Origin: an uncultured bacterium
Lineage (GTDB): Bacteria > Auribacterota > Erginobacteria > Erginobacterales > Erginobacteraceae
DNA length: 64,000 nt
Assembly (NCBI GenBank): GCA_963822585.1
Contig: CAWGIE010000019.1
Coordinates: 160,001-224,000, forward strand
Reading direction: 5' to 3'
Within the stretch, counting starts at the first letter, position 1. Every line of letters begins with the position of its first letter. Below, piece by piece: positions 38,868 through 48,332 of the stretch. Below the pieces are notes generated by a model. The model saw nothing but the letters and a program-made list of their open reading frames with translations. It was not told the origin of the DNA and did no database searches. Position numbers and translations under genes: made by a program.

Positions 38868-40268
38868 ATGACAACAGGAAAGGTATATATCGTTGGAGCC
38901 GGGCCGGGGAAACCGGACCTGATCACCGTCCGGGGGCTGCGGATACTCCGGGAGGCGGACGTGGTCGTTTACGACTACCTGGTTGACGCGCGGCTGCTGG
39001 AGGAAGCAAAGCAGGGGTCGGAATGCATCTGTGCCGACAACCTGCGGAAGAAGGGTAAGCACGGTTCCCCGATTCGTATTGAGGGATTAAACCGGCTGGT
39101 CGTTGAGAAGGCTCATACGGGCAGGAAGGTCGTACGGCTGAAGAACGGCGACCCATCCCTTTTCAGTCGCGGCGCGCAGGAACTGGAAGCACTGGTAAAA
39201 AACAGGGTGGAATTTGAAATCGTTCCCGGGGTGACGGCCGCCAGTGCCGCCGCGGCTTTTACCGGGGTTCCCCTCACCGACAGAAATACCTCTTCCTGCG
39301 TGGTCCTGGTGACCGGACATGAGTCTCCGGGCACGGGGGGGGGCCTCATCGACTGGGAAAGAATAACCGCCTGCTCCACAATCGCTCTCTATATGGCTGT
39401 CGGGCACCTTGCCCAGACAGTGGACAAACTACTTGTAGCCGGTAAACCTCCTTCAACCCCGGTGGTGGCGGTTTCCCGGGCGGGAGATTTGAACCAGAAG
39501 GTGGTGCGGGCACGATTACAGGATATTGCCGCGAAAGCGAAAAAGGCGGGGATCTCATCCCCGGCGATTGTCATTGTCGGCCCCACGGCGAAGCTGGAGC
39601 GAAACTATAACTGGCTAAAAACCAATAAGCGGATCTTGTTTACCGGGCTTTCACCGGAGAGGTTTTTTCTCCCCGGAACCTATTTTCATCTGCCGCTGAT
39701 CAAGATAGAACCGATCGATAATTACGATGAGTTTGACGGTTATCTGAAAGCGATCGGCCTCTTCGACTGGATAGTATTCACCAGCCGCTACGGGGCTGAA
39801 TATTTTTTCAGACGGCTGAATTGGCTTGGTTTTGACACCCGCCGGGTTGCCGGAAATAAGATTGCCGCCATCGGCGACTCAACGGAGAAGAAGCTGCTTG
39901 AATTCGGAATCATCCCGGATCTGGTTCCCCGGGAAGAAAGCAGCCGGGGATTAATCAAGAAGTTTCAAGACGTTGATCTGCGGGGGAAACGAATATTTTT
40001 ACCGCGTTCGGATATATCCGATAAAGGGCTGGAGAAAGCGTTAGAGAAACAGGGAGCAAAAGTAACCGGCGGCATCGCTTACCGCAACGTGATGCCCGAG
40101 AACCTGCCGGATCTGGACTTGAATTACTTCAACGAAATTCTATTCACCAGTCCCTCTACGGTCAGGAATTTCATAAAACGATATCGATCCCTTCCCGCGG
40201 CCGTCAAAGCCAGGTGCATCGGAGAAGTGACCCGGAAGGAGGTAAAAAGATGGCACCTGCTGAATTGA
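38868..40268 (+). CDS. cobA: Uroporphyrinogen-III C-methyltransferase / uroporphyrinogen-III synthase fusion (CobA-HemD)
   Basis: VGAGPG.PDLITVRG, RLKNGDP, VPGVT, VTGH; FTS..G and FTSPSTV. Confidence 0.92.
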   Translation: MTTGKVYIVGAGPGKPDLITVRGLRILREADVVVYDYLVDARLLEEAKQGSECICADNLRKKGKHGSPIRIEGLNRLVVEKAHTGRKVVRLKNGDPSLFSRGAQELEALVKNRVEFEIVPGVTAASAAAAFTGVPLTDRNTSSCVVLVTGHESPGTGGGLIDWERITACSTIALYMAVGHLAQTVDKLLVAGKPPSTPVVAVSRAGDLNQKVVRARLQDIAAKAKKAGISSPAIVIVGPTAKLERNYNWLKTNKRILFTGLSPERFFLPGTYFHLPLIKIEPIDNYDEFDGYLKAIGLFDWIVFTSRYGAEYFFRRLNWLGFDTRRVAGNKIAAIGDSTEKKLLEFGIIPDLVPREESSRGLIKKFQDVDLRGKRIFLPRSDISDKGLEKALEKQGAKVTGGIAYRNVMPENLPDLDLNYFNEILFTSPSTVRNFIKRYRSLPAAVKARCIGEVTRKEVKRWHLLN

Positions 40269-41284
40269 GCCGATTACGGAGAAAGAAGGTGATCAGAAAC
40301 TGGGTGAGCCAAACCAATCTTCTGCCCCGTGATTTAATTATGCCCTATTTTGTAGTCGAAGGTGGGGACGTCAAGGATCCGGTCAAGTCGATGCCGGGTG
40401 TCTACCGTCTGTCGATCGACAATCTGCTGAGACACATTACCGGAGCACACGCGGAGGGGATACGCTCGGTCCTTTTATTCGGCATTCCGCACTCCCGGGA
40501 TGAAACCGGGTCCGCGGCGCACGAAGAAAATGGAGTGGTTCAAAAAGCGGTGAGGGCGATACGGAAAGAGTTCCCCGGTTGTGACGAAGGGGGTCTGATC
40601 GTGATAACCGATGTCTGTCTCTGTGGTTATACGACACACGGCCATTGCGGCATTATCAGAAGACAGAAGACGAAGAACGGAAGACGAAGGGAAGAAAAGA
40701 ACCCCTCATCTTTATCTATCGATCCTGATGCCACCCTGCCGGTATTGGCCGGGATTGCGCTGTCCCACGCGGCCGCCGGCGCCGATTTCGTGGCCCCATC
40801 GGCGATGATGGATGGCCAGGCGAAGGCGATCAGAGAGACATTGGACGCGAACGGGTATAACGACGCTGGAATCCTTGCCTACTCGGCCAAATTCGCCTCG
40901 AACTTCTATGGGCCATTCCGGGAAGCGCTGGGTTCCGCTCCCCGTTTCGGAGACCGGAAAAGTTACCAGCTGGACTATCGGAATGCTGATGAGGCATTAC
41001 GGGAGATTCAAGCGGACATCGACGAGGGCGCGGATATAGTCATGGTTAAGCCGGCTTTAGCTTATCTGGATATTATTTATCGCGCTCACGAAACATTCCG
41101 GGCGCCGATCGCAGCTTACAGTGTGAGCGGCGAATACAGCCTGATCAAAAATTTAAGCCGTGAAGATGACGTGAAGGAAAAGGCTCTGGTCCTGGAAGTC
41201 CTGACCTCGATCAAACGGGCCGGGGCGGACCTGATTATCACCTATCACGCGCAGGAGGCGGCCCGATGGCTGCGGCAGGAATAA
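40250..41284 (+). CDS. hemB: Porphobilinogen synthase with an insertion of about 20 aa
   Basis: DVCLCGYTTHGHCG, APSAMMDG, FYGPFREA, MVKPA. Confidence 0.95.
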   Translation: MAPAELSRLRRKKVIRNWVSQTNLLPRDLIMPYFVVEGGDVKDPVKSMPGVYRLSIDNLLRHITGAHAEGIRSVLLFGIPHSRDETGSAAHEENGVVQKAVRAIRKEFPGCDEGGLIVITDVCLCGYTTHGHCGIIRRQKTKNGRRREEKNPSSLSIDPDATLPVLAGIALSHAAAGADFVAPSAMMDGQAKAIRETLDANGYNDAGILAYSAKFASNFYGPFREALGSAPRFGDRKSYQLDYRNADEALREIQADIDEGADIVMVKPALAYLDIIYRAHETFRAPIAAYSVSGEYSLIKNLSREDDVKEKALVLEVLTSIKRAGADLIITYHAQEAARWLRQE

Positions 41285-42561
41285 ACGAACTTTTATTTCA
41301 CCAAGCCGAGAAGTACATCCCGGGAGGGGTCAACAGCCCGGTGCGATCCTTCCGGGCGGTGGGAGGGACCCCGATCTTTATTCGCCGGGGGCGCGGCGCC
41401 CTGATCTATGGGGAGGACGGAAGAGCGTATATCGACTACTGCGCCTGCTGGGGGGCACTGATCCTGGGACATGCCCCTTCCCGGGTTATCCGGGCCTTGC
41501 GGCGGACTCTGGCAAGAGGAACCGGGTTTGGTACCGTGACCCGTCAGGAGACCGAGCTGGCCCGGGCTATCTGCGAAGCTATTCCGTCGATTGAGCGGAT
41601 TCGTCTGACCAGTTCCGGAACCGAGGCGGTCATGAGCGCGATCCGCCTGGCCCGGGCGGTTACCGGCAGGGATACGATCATTAAATTCGAGGGGGCCTAT
41701 CATGGCCACGCCGATTCCATGCTGGTCAGGGCCGGCTCGGGATCCAGCACGCTGGGTGTCCCCGACAGCCCGGGGGTACCGGAAGCGTTCGCCCGGCATA
41801 CCGTCGTAGTCCCGTATAACGACCTGAAAAGCGTGAGTGAGGTCATGAAAAAGAGAGGCGGAGAGATCGCCGCCATAATCGTGGAGCCGGTCGCCGGGAA
41901 TATGGGCGTCGTCGGCCCCGGCAGCGGTTTCCTGGCGGGATTACGGAGGTTGTGTGATCGCCACCGGGCGGTACTGATCTTTGATGAGGTGATCACCGGC
42001 TTCCGGGTCTCTTACGGGGGGGCCCAGGAACTCTTCGGGGTCCGGCCGGACCTGACTTGTCTGGGAAAGATCATCGGCGGGGGTCTCCCAATCGGCGGGT
42101 ATGGCGGTAAACGGGATCTCATGGATTGGATCGCCCCGCTGGGCGGTGTCTATCAGGCGGGAACCCTGGCAGGAAATCCTCTCTCCGTTCAGGCCGGATT
42201 GACTACTCTCTCCATTTTACGGGAGGAACAGCCATATGAAAGCATGGCGTTGAAAGCCGAACAATTATGCCGGGGAGTGGCACGGAGCGCTGCCAAGCAG
42301 GATATCGGAGTGACCGTCAACCGGGTCGGATCGATGTTCAGCTTCTTTTTCACCGACCGGGAGGTGAACGATCGGGCAGCGGCTTACAGCCAGAACGGCG
42401 AGGCGTACCGGAGGTTTTTCCATTCTCTGCTGGAAAGCGGGGTATATCTCTCCCCTTCCGGCTTTGAGTCCAATTTCATCTCGACCGTTCACCGCGATCA
42501 AGACGTGGAAAAAACGCTGAAAGCTATTGAAAGAACCTTCCAGGTATGGAGGAAAGAATAG
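41266..42561 (+). CDS. hemL: Glutamate-1-semialdehyde 2,1-aminomutase
   Basis: PGGVNSPVR, SGTEA, YHGHAD, FDEVITGFR, GKIIGGGLP, YQAGTL. Confidence 0.96.
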   Translation: MAAAGINELLFHQAEKYIPGGVNSPVRSFRAVGGTPIFIRRGRGALIYGEDGRAYIDYCACWGALILGHAPSRVIRALRRTLARGTGFGTVTRQETELARAICEAIPSIERIRLTSSGTEAVMSAIRLARAVTGRDTIIKFEGAYHGHADSMLVRAGSGSSTLGVPDSPGVPEAFARHTVVVPYNDLKSVSEVMKKRGGEIAAIIVEPVAGNMGVVGPGSGFLAGLRRLCDRHRAVLIFDEVITGFRVSYGGAQELFGVRPDLTCLGKIIGGGLPIGGYGGKRDLMDWIAPLGGVYQAGTLAGNPLSVQAGLTTLSILREEQPYESMALKAEQLCRGVARSAAKQDIGVTVNRVGSMFSFFFTDREVNDRAAAYSQNGEAYRRFFHSLLESGVYLSPSGFESNFISTVHRDQDVEKTLKAIERTFQVWRKE

Positions 42562-42768
42562 ATGAAAATACGGATACTGGTAAACGGCAAGGAAGAGAGG
42601 GTCGAAGCGGGGGTCAGCGTCAGCCGGCTCCTGGAGAAGAAACAGATCCGACCCGAAGTGGTGACCGTGGAAATCAACGATTGCATCCTCGGGAGGGACG
42701 CCTTCACCGGGACATACCTGAAGGAAGGCGATCAGGTTGAGTTTGTCTACTTCATGGGGGGAGGTTAA
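42562..42768 (+). CDS. thiS: ThiS/MoaD-family sulfur carrier protein
   Basis: ILVNG...VEIN...GDQVEFVYFMGGG. Confidence 0.9.
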   Translation: MKIRILVNGKEERVEAGVSVSRLLEKKQIRPEVVTVEINDCILGRDAFTGTYLKEGDQVEFVYFMGGG

Positions 42769-43702
42769 GCCGGTAGGACAAGACGGGCGAAAAACATCCT
42801 GGAACTGATCGGCCGGACCCCCCTGGTCATGCTCAACCGGATTACAGGAGAAAATACGGCCACGGTTCTCGCCAAGCTGGAATCGTTTAATCCGGGAGGA
42901 AGCGTAAAAGACCGGATCTGCCTGGCCATGATCGAAGCCGGCGAGAGGGAGGGGTTGATCAAGCCCGGAATCACCATCATCGAACCAACCTCCGGAAATA
43001 CCGGTATCGGATTGGCAATGGCGGCCAGCGTAAAGGGTTACCGCTGTATCCTCACCATGCCGGAGACGATGAGCCTGGAGAGGATTTACCTCCTCCGCTC
43101 TTACGGCGCGGAGGTGGTACTGACGCCCGGGATAGAGGGGATGGAAGGTTCGATCAAGAAAGCAGAGGAACTTTTAAAGAAGATCCCGGACAGTTTCATG
43201 CCTCAGCAGTTCAACAACCCGGCCAATCCCCGGGTCCATCGGGAGACCACTGCCCGGGAGATCCTGGAGGCGACTGACGGTGGCGTGGACGCCTTCGTGG
43301 CCGGGGTCGGAACCGGGGGCACGATTACCGGGGTGGGCGAGGTCTTAAAAAAGGAGAATCCCGATGTCAGGATAATCGCCGTCGAACCGAAGGACAGCGC
43401 CGTCCTCTCCGGGTGCCCGGCCGGCCCTCACAAAATTCAGGGGCATCGGGGCCGGATTTATTCCGGAGGTACTGAATCGGGAGGTGATTGATGAGATAGT
43501 CCAGGTGGGCGATACGGAGGCTTTTGCAACTTCCCGCCGGTTAGCGAGGGAGGAGGGTATCCTGGTGGGGATCTCTTCCGGGGCCGCGGCCTGGGCGGCC
43601 GTGCGCGTCGGCCGGGAACTGGGTCCCGGGAAAACCGTGGTCGTTGTTTTTCCCGATACCGGAGAGCGATACTTCTCCATGGAGCAGTACTTCGAAGCGT
43701 AA
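42769..43702 (+). pseudogene. cysK: Cysteine synthase A: no own start codon (in frame with thiS after a TAA) and one extra G near 43441
   Basis: [60 protein letters not shown]. Confidence 0.88.
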
Positions 43703-43703
43703 A

Positions 43704-44690
43704 ATGAAAGCTATTGTTCTTTTGTCCGGGGGGCTGGACAGCCGGCTGGCGATCCGGCTCATGCAGGAGCAGGAGGTGGAACTGGAGGCGGTTAATTTTT
43801 TCACCATCTTCTGCACCTGCACGGCCCGGGGGAAGAGCTGCCCGGAAGCCGTTTCGGCCGCCCGGAGCCTCGGGGTCCCCCTCCAAGTCTTTGAAGCGAC
43901 CGAGGACCTGATGAAGGCGGTAGAGGACCCCCGCTTCGGCTACGGCCGGGCGGTGAATCCCTGCCTTGATTGCCGGGTGATCATGCTCCGAAAAGCCGCC
44001 CGTTACATGCGGGAGAGAGGAGCCTCCTTTATCGTCACCGGCGACGTCCTCGGGGAACGCCCCATGTCCCAGAGAAGGGACGCGCTCCGCATGATTGAAC
44101 GGGAGGCGGGGCTGGAAGGGCTCATTCTGAGACCGCTTTCCGCCCGGGTGCTGGAGCCGACCATACCGGAGAAGAGGGGGTGGGTGAATCGGGAAAAGTT
44201 GTTGGACATTCAAGGAAGGTCGCGAAAGCAGCAGATGAAGACAGCCCGGGAATGGAACATAAATGATTATCCCTGCCCGGCCGGCGGGTGCCGGTTGACC
44301 GAGAAGGGGTTCGCGAAAAAAGTCGTGGACCTGATCGAGCATGGGATGTGGAACCCCGGGCAGGCGGCAGCACTGATGATCGGCAGGCACTTCCGTCTCG
44401 CCCCGGACACCAAGGTGATCCTGGGGAGGAATGAGGGGGAGAACAACGTACTCGCCGGCAGGGGGAAAAAAGGCGACGTTCTCCTGGAGCCGGCGGACTT
44501 CCCGGGCCCCACGGCCCTGGTAACGGGAAGACCGACACCGGAAGATACCGCGATCGCGGCCCGGCTGGTGGCCTCCTATACGAAAAACAGAAAAGAGGGG
44601 TCGTCGATCAGGATCGTTTCCGGAAGAGATGGAACGACGATCGAAGCGACCGCTCTTCCCGAAAATCAACTGATCGAATTGAGAATATAA
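43704..44690 (+). CDS. ThiI/MnmA-like PP-loop sulfurtransferase (DUF814-type)
   Basis: LLSGGLDS, NPCLDCR, GDVLGERPMSQ, RPLSA, PCPAGGC, GRHFR. Confidence 0.85.
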   Translation: MKAIVLLSGGLDSRLAIRLMQEQEVELEAVNFFTIFCTCTARGKSCPEAVSAARSLGVPLQVFEATEDLMKAVEDPRFGYGRAVNPCLDCRVIMLRKAARYMRERGASFIVTGDVLGERPMSQRRDALRMIEREAGLEGLILRPLSARVLEPTIPEKRGWVNREKLLDIQGRSRKQQMKTAREWNINDYPCPAGGCRLTEKGFAKKVVDLIEHGMWNPGQAAALMIGRHFRLAPDTKVILGRNEGENNVLAGRGKKGDVLLEPADFPGPTALVTGRPTPEDTAIAARLVASYTKNRKEGSSIRIVSGRDGTTIEATALPENQLIELRI

Positions 44691-44834
44691 ACCAGGAGCC
44701 TGTCCGAGCAATGATCAGAGGATCAGTTTGAGTCCAACAGTTCACGCCACAACGGTACTTTTTATGGCAATGTCCAGAACTAACCCGATTTATCGATGCA
44801 TCGGGTTCATCCGAATCAACAATGAGGTGTGAAG

Positions 44835-47162
44835 ATGTTTCGTCTACCACCGGAAATTATCGCCGGAATTGCGGCGTATAAAGAACAACTGCGGTCGTAC
44901 TTGGAAGGGAGATTGTCTCCGGGCCGCTTCAAGAGCATCCGGGTGCCCTGGGGGATCTACTCCCAGCGCCACGGGCTGGCGCATATGTGCCGGGTGAGGA
45001 TCCCCGGCGGTTTGCTTTCGGCCGACCAGATGAGAGCGATCGCCGACGTGGCCCGGAAGTATGGCGACGGGTCCCTCCACGTGACCACCCGGCAGGACAT
45101 TCAAATTCACGGGGTAAAGATTGAAGATACCGGCCGGATCCTCGACTATCTCAAGGACTTCGACCTGAGTCCCCGCGGCGGGGGAGGTAATACGGTCAGG
45201 AACATCCTCGCCTGCCCCCGGGCCGGCGTCTGCCCGCAAGAAGCCTTCGACGTTCGTCCCTATGCCGTTGGCCTGTCCGAATATATCCTCAGCCTGGACT
45301 CCTCCTATCTCCTGCCGAGAAAATATAAGATAGCCTTCTCCGGTTGCTCCCTGAACTGCGTCCCCGCCACGGTGAGCGACCTGGGCTTCATCGCCCGGCA
45401 GGCGCTTGTCGGGGGGGAACAACAGGATGTATTTCGGGTCTATGTCGGGGGGGGGATGGGGGCCCATTCCCGGGTGGGAAGAGTCCTGGAGGACCTGGTG
45501 GAACCGGCCGACGCTGGGTACGTGGCCGAGGCCGTCAAACGGGCCTTTGACCGCCACGGCAACCGGCGGAACCGGCACCGCAACCGGCTGCGGTTCCTGA
45601 TCGAGGAGGCGGGATTCGAACAGTTCAAGCGCTGGTACCGGGAAGAGCTCGCGGAACTGAAGACGGGGGAAGTCATCGCACTGAGAAAGATCGCCTTCCC
45701 CGGGCCGGCAAAGGGGGGAGGGTCCTGGGTTGGGGATTCTGATGATTTCAAGGCCTGGAGAAGATTTAATCTCCGGGAGCAAAAACAGAAGGGATATTAC
45801 TCCCTGGAAGCGAGACTCCCGCTGGGGCTGATCTCCCCCGATCAGCTGGGAGGTCTGGCCGAGCTCTCTTCTGCGGGAGAACAGATAACCTTCAGGACCA
45901 CGCCGGATCAGAACATCCTCATCACCGACGTGCCGGGGCCGGCCGTCCCGATGATCTATCACCGGCTCCGCGAACTCAAACTGGACCAACCGGATGCCGC
46001 CACCATCCTTGACCCGGTCTGTTGTCCGGGCGCGGCCACCTGCAACCTGGGCCTCTGCAACTCCCGGGGCGCTGCGGCCGAGATCGTCGAGCGCCTGGAA
46101 GAGGCTAAAATCAATATCGGAAGCTTTGCCGGGGTGCGGGTCAAGATCAACGGATGCCCCAATGCCTGCGCCCACCACCCGATCGGTGAGATCGGGCTCC
46201 ACGGCCTGGTCCGTAAAGAGGGTTCTCGGCCGGTTCCTTATTACAGCGTCTGGGTGGGGGGGGACCAAAGGGAGGAGAGCACCCGCCTGGGCGAAGAGCT
46301 CGGAGTCGTTCCGGCGAGAAACCTCCCTGGAGTCTTGCAGGAGTTCGTGCGGCGCGCGGCCGGGGCCGTCTCTCATTACGGAGATTTCCACGAGTATCTG
46401 GAAAAGGAAGGAAAGATCGAACTCAAGTCATTGATCGAAGAACGGGCGCACGTTCCCTCTTACGAAACAGACCCCTTATTCTACCGGGATTGGGGCAAGG
46501 AGGAGGACTTCACCCTGGCCGGGCTCGGACCGGGGGAATGCGGCGCCGGGATCGTGGACTTGATCGAGGAGGATTTTATTCAAGCCGGAAGACTGCTCAA
46601 GGAAGCGGTTGCGGGCGGTTACCCCCCGGAGCCGATCAGACAATCCATTTACCTCAGCGCCCGTGCTCTCCTGGTTCTCAGGGGACTGGAACCGAAGACA
46701 GGAGGAGAGGCGATCGACCTTTTCCGGAAGGAACTGGTTGAGAAAGGATTCTGTTCCCCCCGATTCTCCGGCCTCCGGACGATCTGGGAGGGAGGAGGGG
46801 GATCGAGGACGGAAGAAGCCTGCCGGTACGCGGAAGAGCTCCTGGACGAAGTGAAGCTGACGTACCGGGAAATGGACGACCATTTCAACCTGAAGGTCAG
46901 ATACGGACCTTCCGGTGAGCCCCGGGAAGAGGACACCGCAAGAACGGTTCTCGATTTGAGGGGGGTGGCCTGTCCCCTCAACTACGTCAAGGCCAAGCTG
47001 TACCTGGAGACGAGAGAGGTGGGAGACGAGGTGACCATGTACTTGGACGAGGGAGAGCCCATCCGCAACGTCCCCCCCAGCCTGAAAAACGATGGGCAGG
47101 AGATCGTCTCCATCGAGCCGGTTGCCGCGGGGTATTACCGGGTCACCGTAATTAAAAAATAG
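44835..47162 (+). CDS. Siroheme sulfite/nitrite reductase fused to a HEPN-like and a C-terminal TusA/SirA domain
   Basis: TTRQDIQ, RNILAC..GVC, LPRKYK..SGC..NC, CPGAATCNLG, NGCPNAC; DLRGVACPLNYVK. Confidence 0.9.
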   Translation: MFRLPPEIIAGIAAYKEQLRSYLEGRLSPGRFKSIRVPWGIYSQRHGLAHMCRVRIPGGLLSADQMRAIADVARKYGDGSLHVTTRQDIQIHGVKIEDTGRILDYLKDFDLSPRGGGGNTVRNILACPRAGVCPQEAFDVRPYAVGLSEYILSLDSSYLLPRKYKIAFSGCSLNCVPATVSDLGFIARQALVGGEQQDVFRVYVGGGMGAHSRVGRVLEDLVEPADAGYVAEAVKRAFDRHGNRRNRHRNRLRFLIEEAGFEQFKRWYREELAELKTGEVIALRKIAFPGPAKGGGSWVGDSDDFKAWRRFNLREQKQKGYYSLEARLPLGLISPDQLGGLAELSSAGEQITFRTTPDQNILITDVPGPAVPMIYHRLRELKLDQPDAATILDPVCCPGAATCNLGLCNSRGAAAEIVERLEEAKINIGSFAGVRVKINGCPNACAHHPIGEIGLHGLVRKEGSRPVPYYSVWVGGDQREESTRLGEELGVVPARNLPGVLQEFVRRAAGAVSHYGDFHEYLEKEGKIELKSLIEERAHVPSYETDPLFYRDWGKEEDFTLAGLGPGECGAGIVDLIEEDFIQAGRLLKEAVAGGYPPEPIRQSIYLSARALLVLRGLEPKTGGEAIDLFRKELVEKGFCSPRFSGLRTIWEGGGGSRTEEACRYAEELLDEVKLTYREMDDHFNLKVRYGPSGEPREEDTARTVLDLRGVACPLNYVKAKLYLETREVGDEVTMYLDEGEPIRNVPPSLKNDGQEIVSIEPVAAGYYRVTVIKK

Positions 47163-47172
47163 AAGGCGAATC

Positions 47173-47349
47173 ATGAGCTATGTGCAAGGACTGAGATGCC
47201 GGGAATGTGCCCGGACCTATCCGAAAACGCCCCTCTACGTCTGCGAGTACTGTTTCGGACCGCTGGAAGTTGATTACGACTATGAGAAGATCGGGAAGGT
47301 TCTGACCAGAGAAATGATTGAGTCGAGACCCCGGAATCTCTGGCGCTAA
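47173..47349 (+). pseudogene. thrC: N-terminal fragment of a threonine-synthase-like enzyme
   Basis: MSYVQGLRCRECARTY..CEYCFGPLEVDYDY...NLWR then stop. Confidence 0.8.
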
Positions 47350-47458
47350 TGTCTATGTCAATGATGAGGATATCCGTTTCCTGCAATTAGCCGGCACGCC
47401 GCTCAGCGACGGCGACCGGGTGTCCATCATTCCGGCCATCGCCGGAGGAGGTCGATAA
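47348..47458 (+). pseudogene. C-terminal fragment of a MoaD/CysO-like sulfur carrier
   Basis: [36 protein letters not shown], no start codon. Confidence 0.82.
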
Positions 47459-48279
47459 TGTTACGGGATGAACAGATAGAACGATACTCCCGTCAGATCC
47501 TGCTGCCCCAGGTCGGCGGGAAGGGCCAGGAAAAACTCCTGAATGCCAGGGTCCTGATCATCGGGGCCGGGGGACTGGGTTCGCCCTGTGCCCTTTACCT
47601 GGCGGCGGCCGGAGTCGGACATCTGGGCATCGTGGATTCCGACCGGGTGGAACTCAACAACCTCCAGCGGCAGATCGTCCACTCCACCGGGGATGTCGGC
47701 CGTCCCAAGGTGGAGTCCGCCCGAGACCGGCTCCATTCTCTCAACCCGGACGTCCGGATCACTCCGTACGATCTCCGGCTCACGTCCGCCAATATCCGGG
47801 ATGTGATTAAAGACTACGATATGATCGTGGACGGGTCGGACAATTTTCCCACCCGTTATCTGGTCAACGACGCATGTATCTTAGAAAAAAAACCGTTCTC
47901 GCACGGAGCGATACTTCGTTTCTACGGCCAGGCATTTACCATCCTTCCCGGGAAGAGCGCCTGTTACCGCTGCCTCTTTGACGAACCACCCCCCCCGGGG
48001 ATGGTGCCGAACTGTCAGGAGGCGGGCATTCTGGGAGCGGTAGCGGGGATCATCGGGACGATCCAGGCCAACGAAGTCTTGAAATATATTCTGGGGGTGG
48101 GAGATCTGCTCGAAGGAAGCTTGCTGATTCTGGACGCTCTGGATGCCAGCTTCCGCCAGGTCAAAATACTCCGGAATAAAAACTGCGCGATCTGCGGGGA
48201 TACTCCCACCATTACCGATCTGATTGATTACGAGGAGTTCTGTCAACTTCGGTCAACGCCTGATCCGGTTCATCACTAA
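47458..48279 (+). CDS. moeB: MoeB/ThiF-family sulfur-carrier adenylyltransferase
   Basis: RYSRQ, GAGGLG, NLQRQ, DNFPTR, CYRC, C.EAG, CAIC. Confidence 0.94.
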   Translation: MLRDEQIERYSRQILLPQVGGKGQEKLLNARVLIIGAGGLGSPCALYLAAAGVGHLGIVDSDRVELNNLQRQIVHSTGDVGRPKVESARDRLHSLNPDVRITPYDLRLTSANIRDVIKDYDMIVDGSDNFPTRYLVNDACILEKKPFSHGAILRFYGQAFTILPGKSACYRCLFDEPPPPGMVPNCQEAGILGAVAGIIGTIQANEVLKYILGVGDLLEGSLLILDALDASFRQVKILRNKNCAICGDTPTITDLIDYEEFCQLRSTPDPVHH

Positions 48280-48332
48280 TCGGCAAAAATAAGGAATCTG
48301 CCATGACCAAGAAAATGGTTCATCTCATTGTC

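Noticed and set aside
34570..48279. Selenocysteine (TGA) recoding in the redox/sulfur genes
   Set aside because: Catalytic positions are Cys codons; the interrupting stop between thiS and cysK is TAA, and the other breaks are frameshifts
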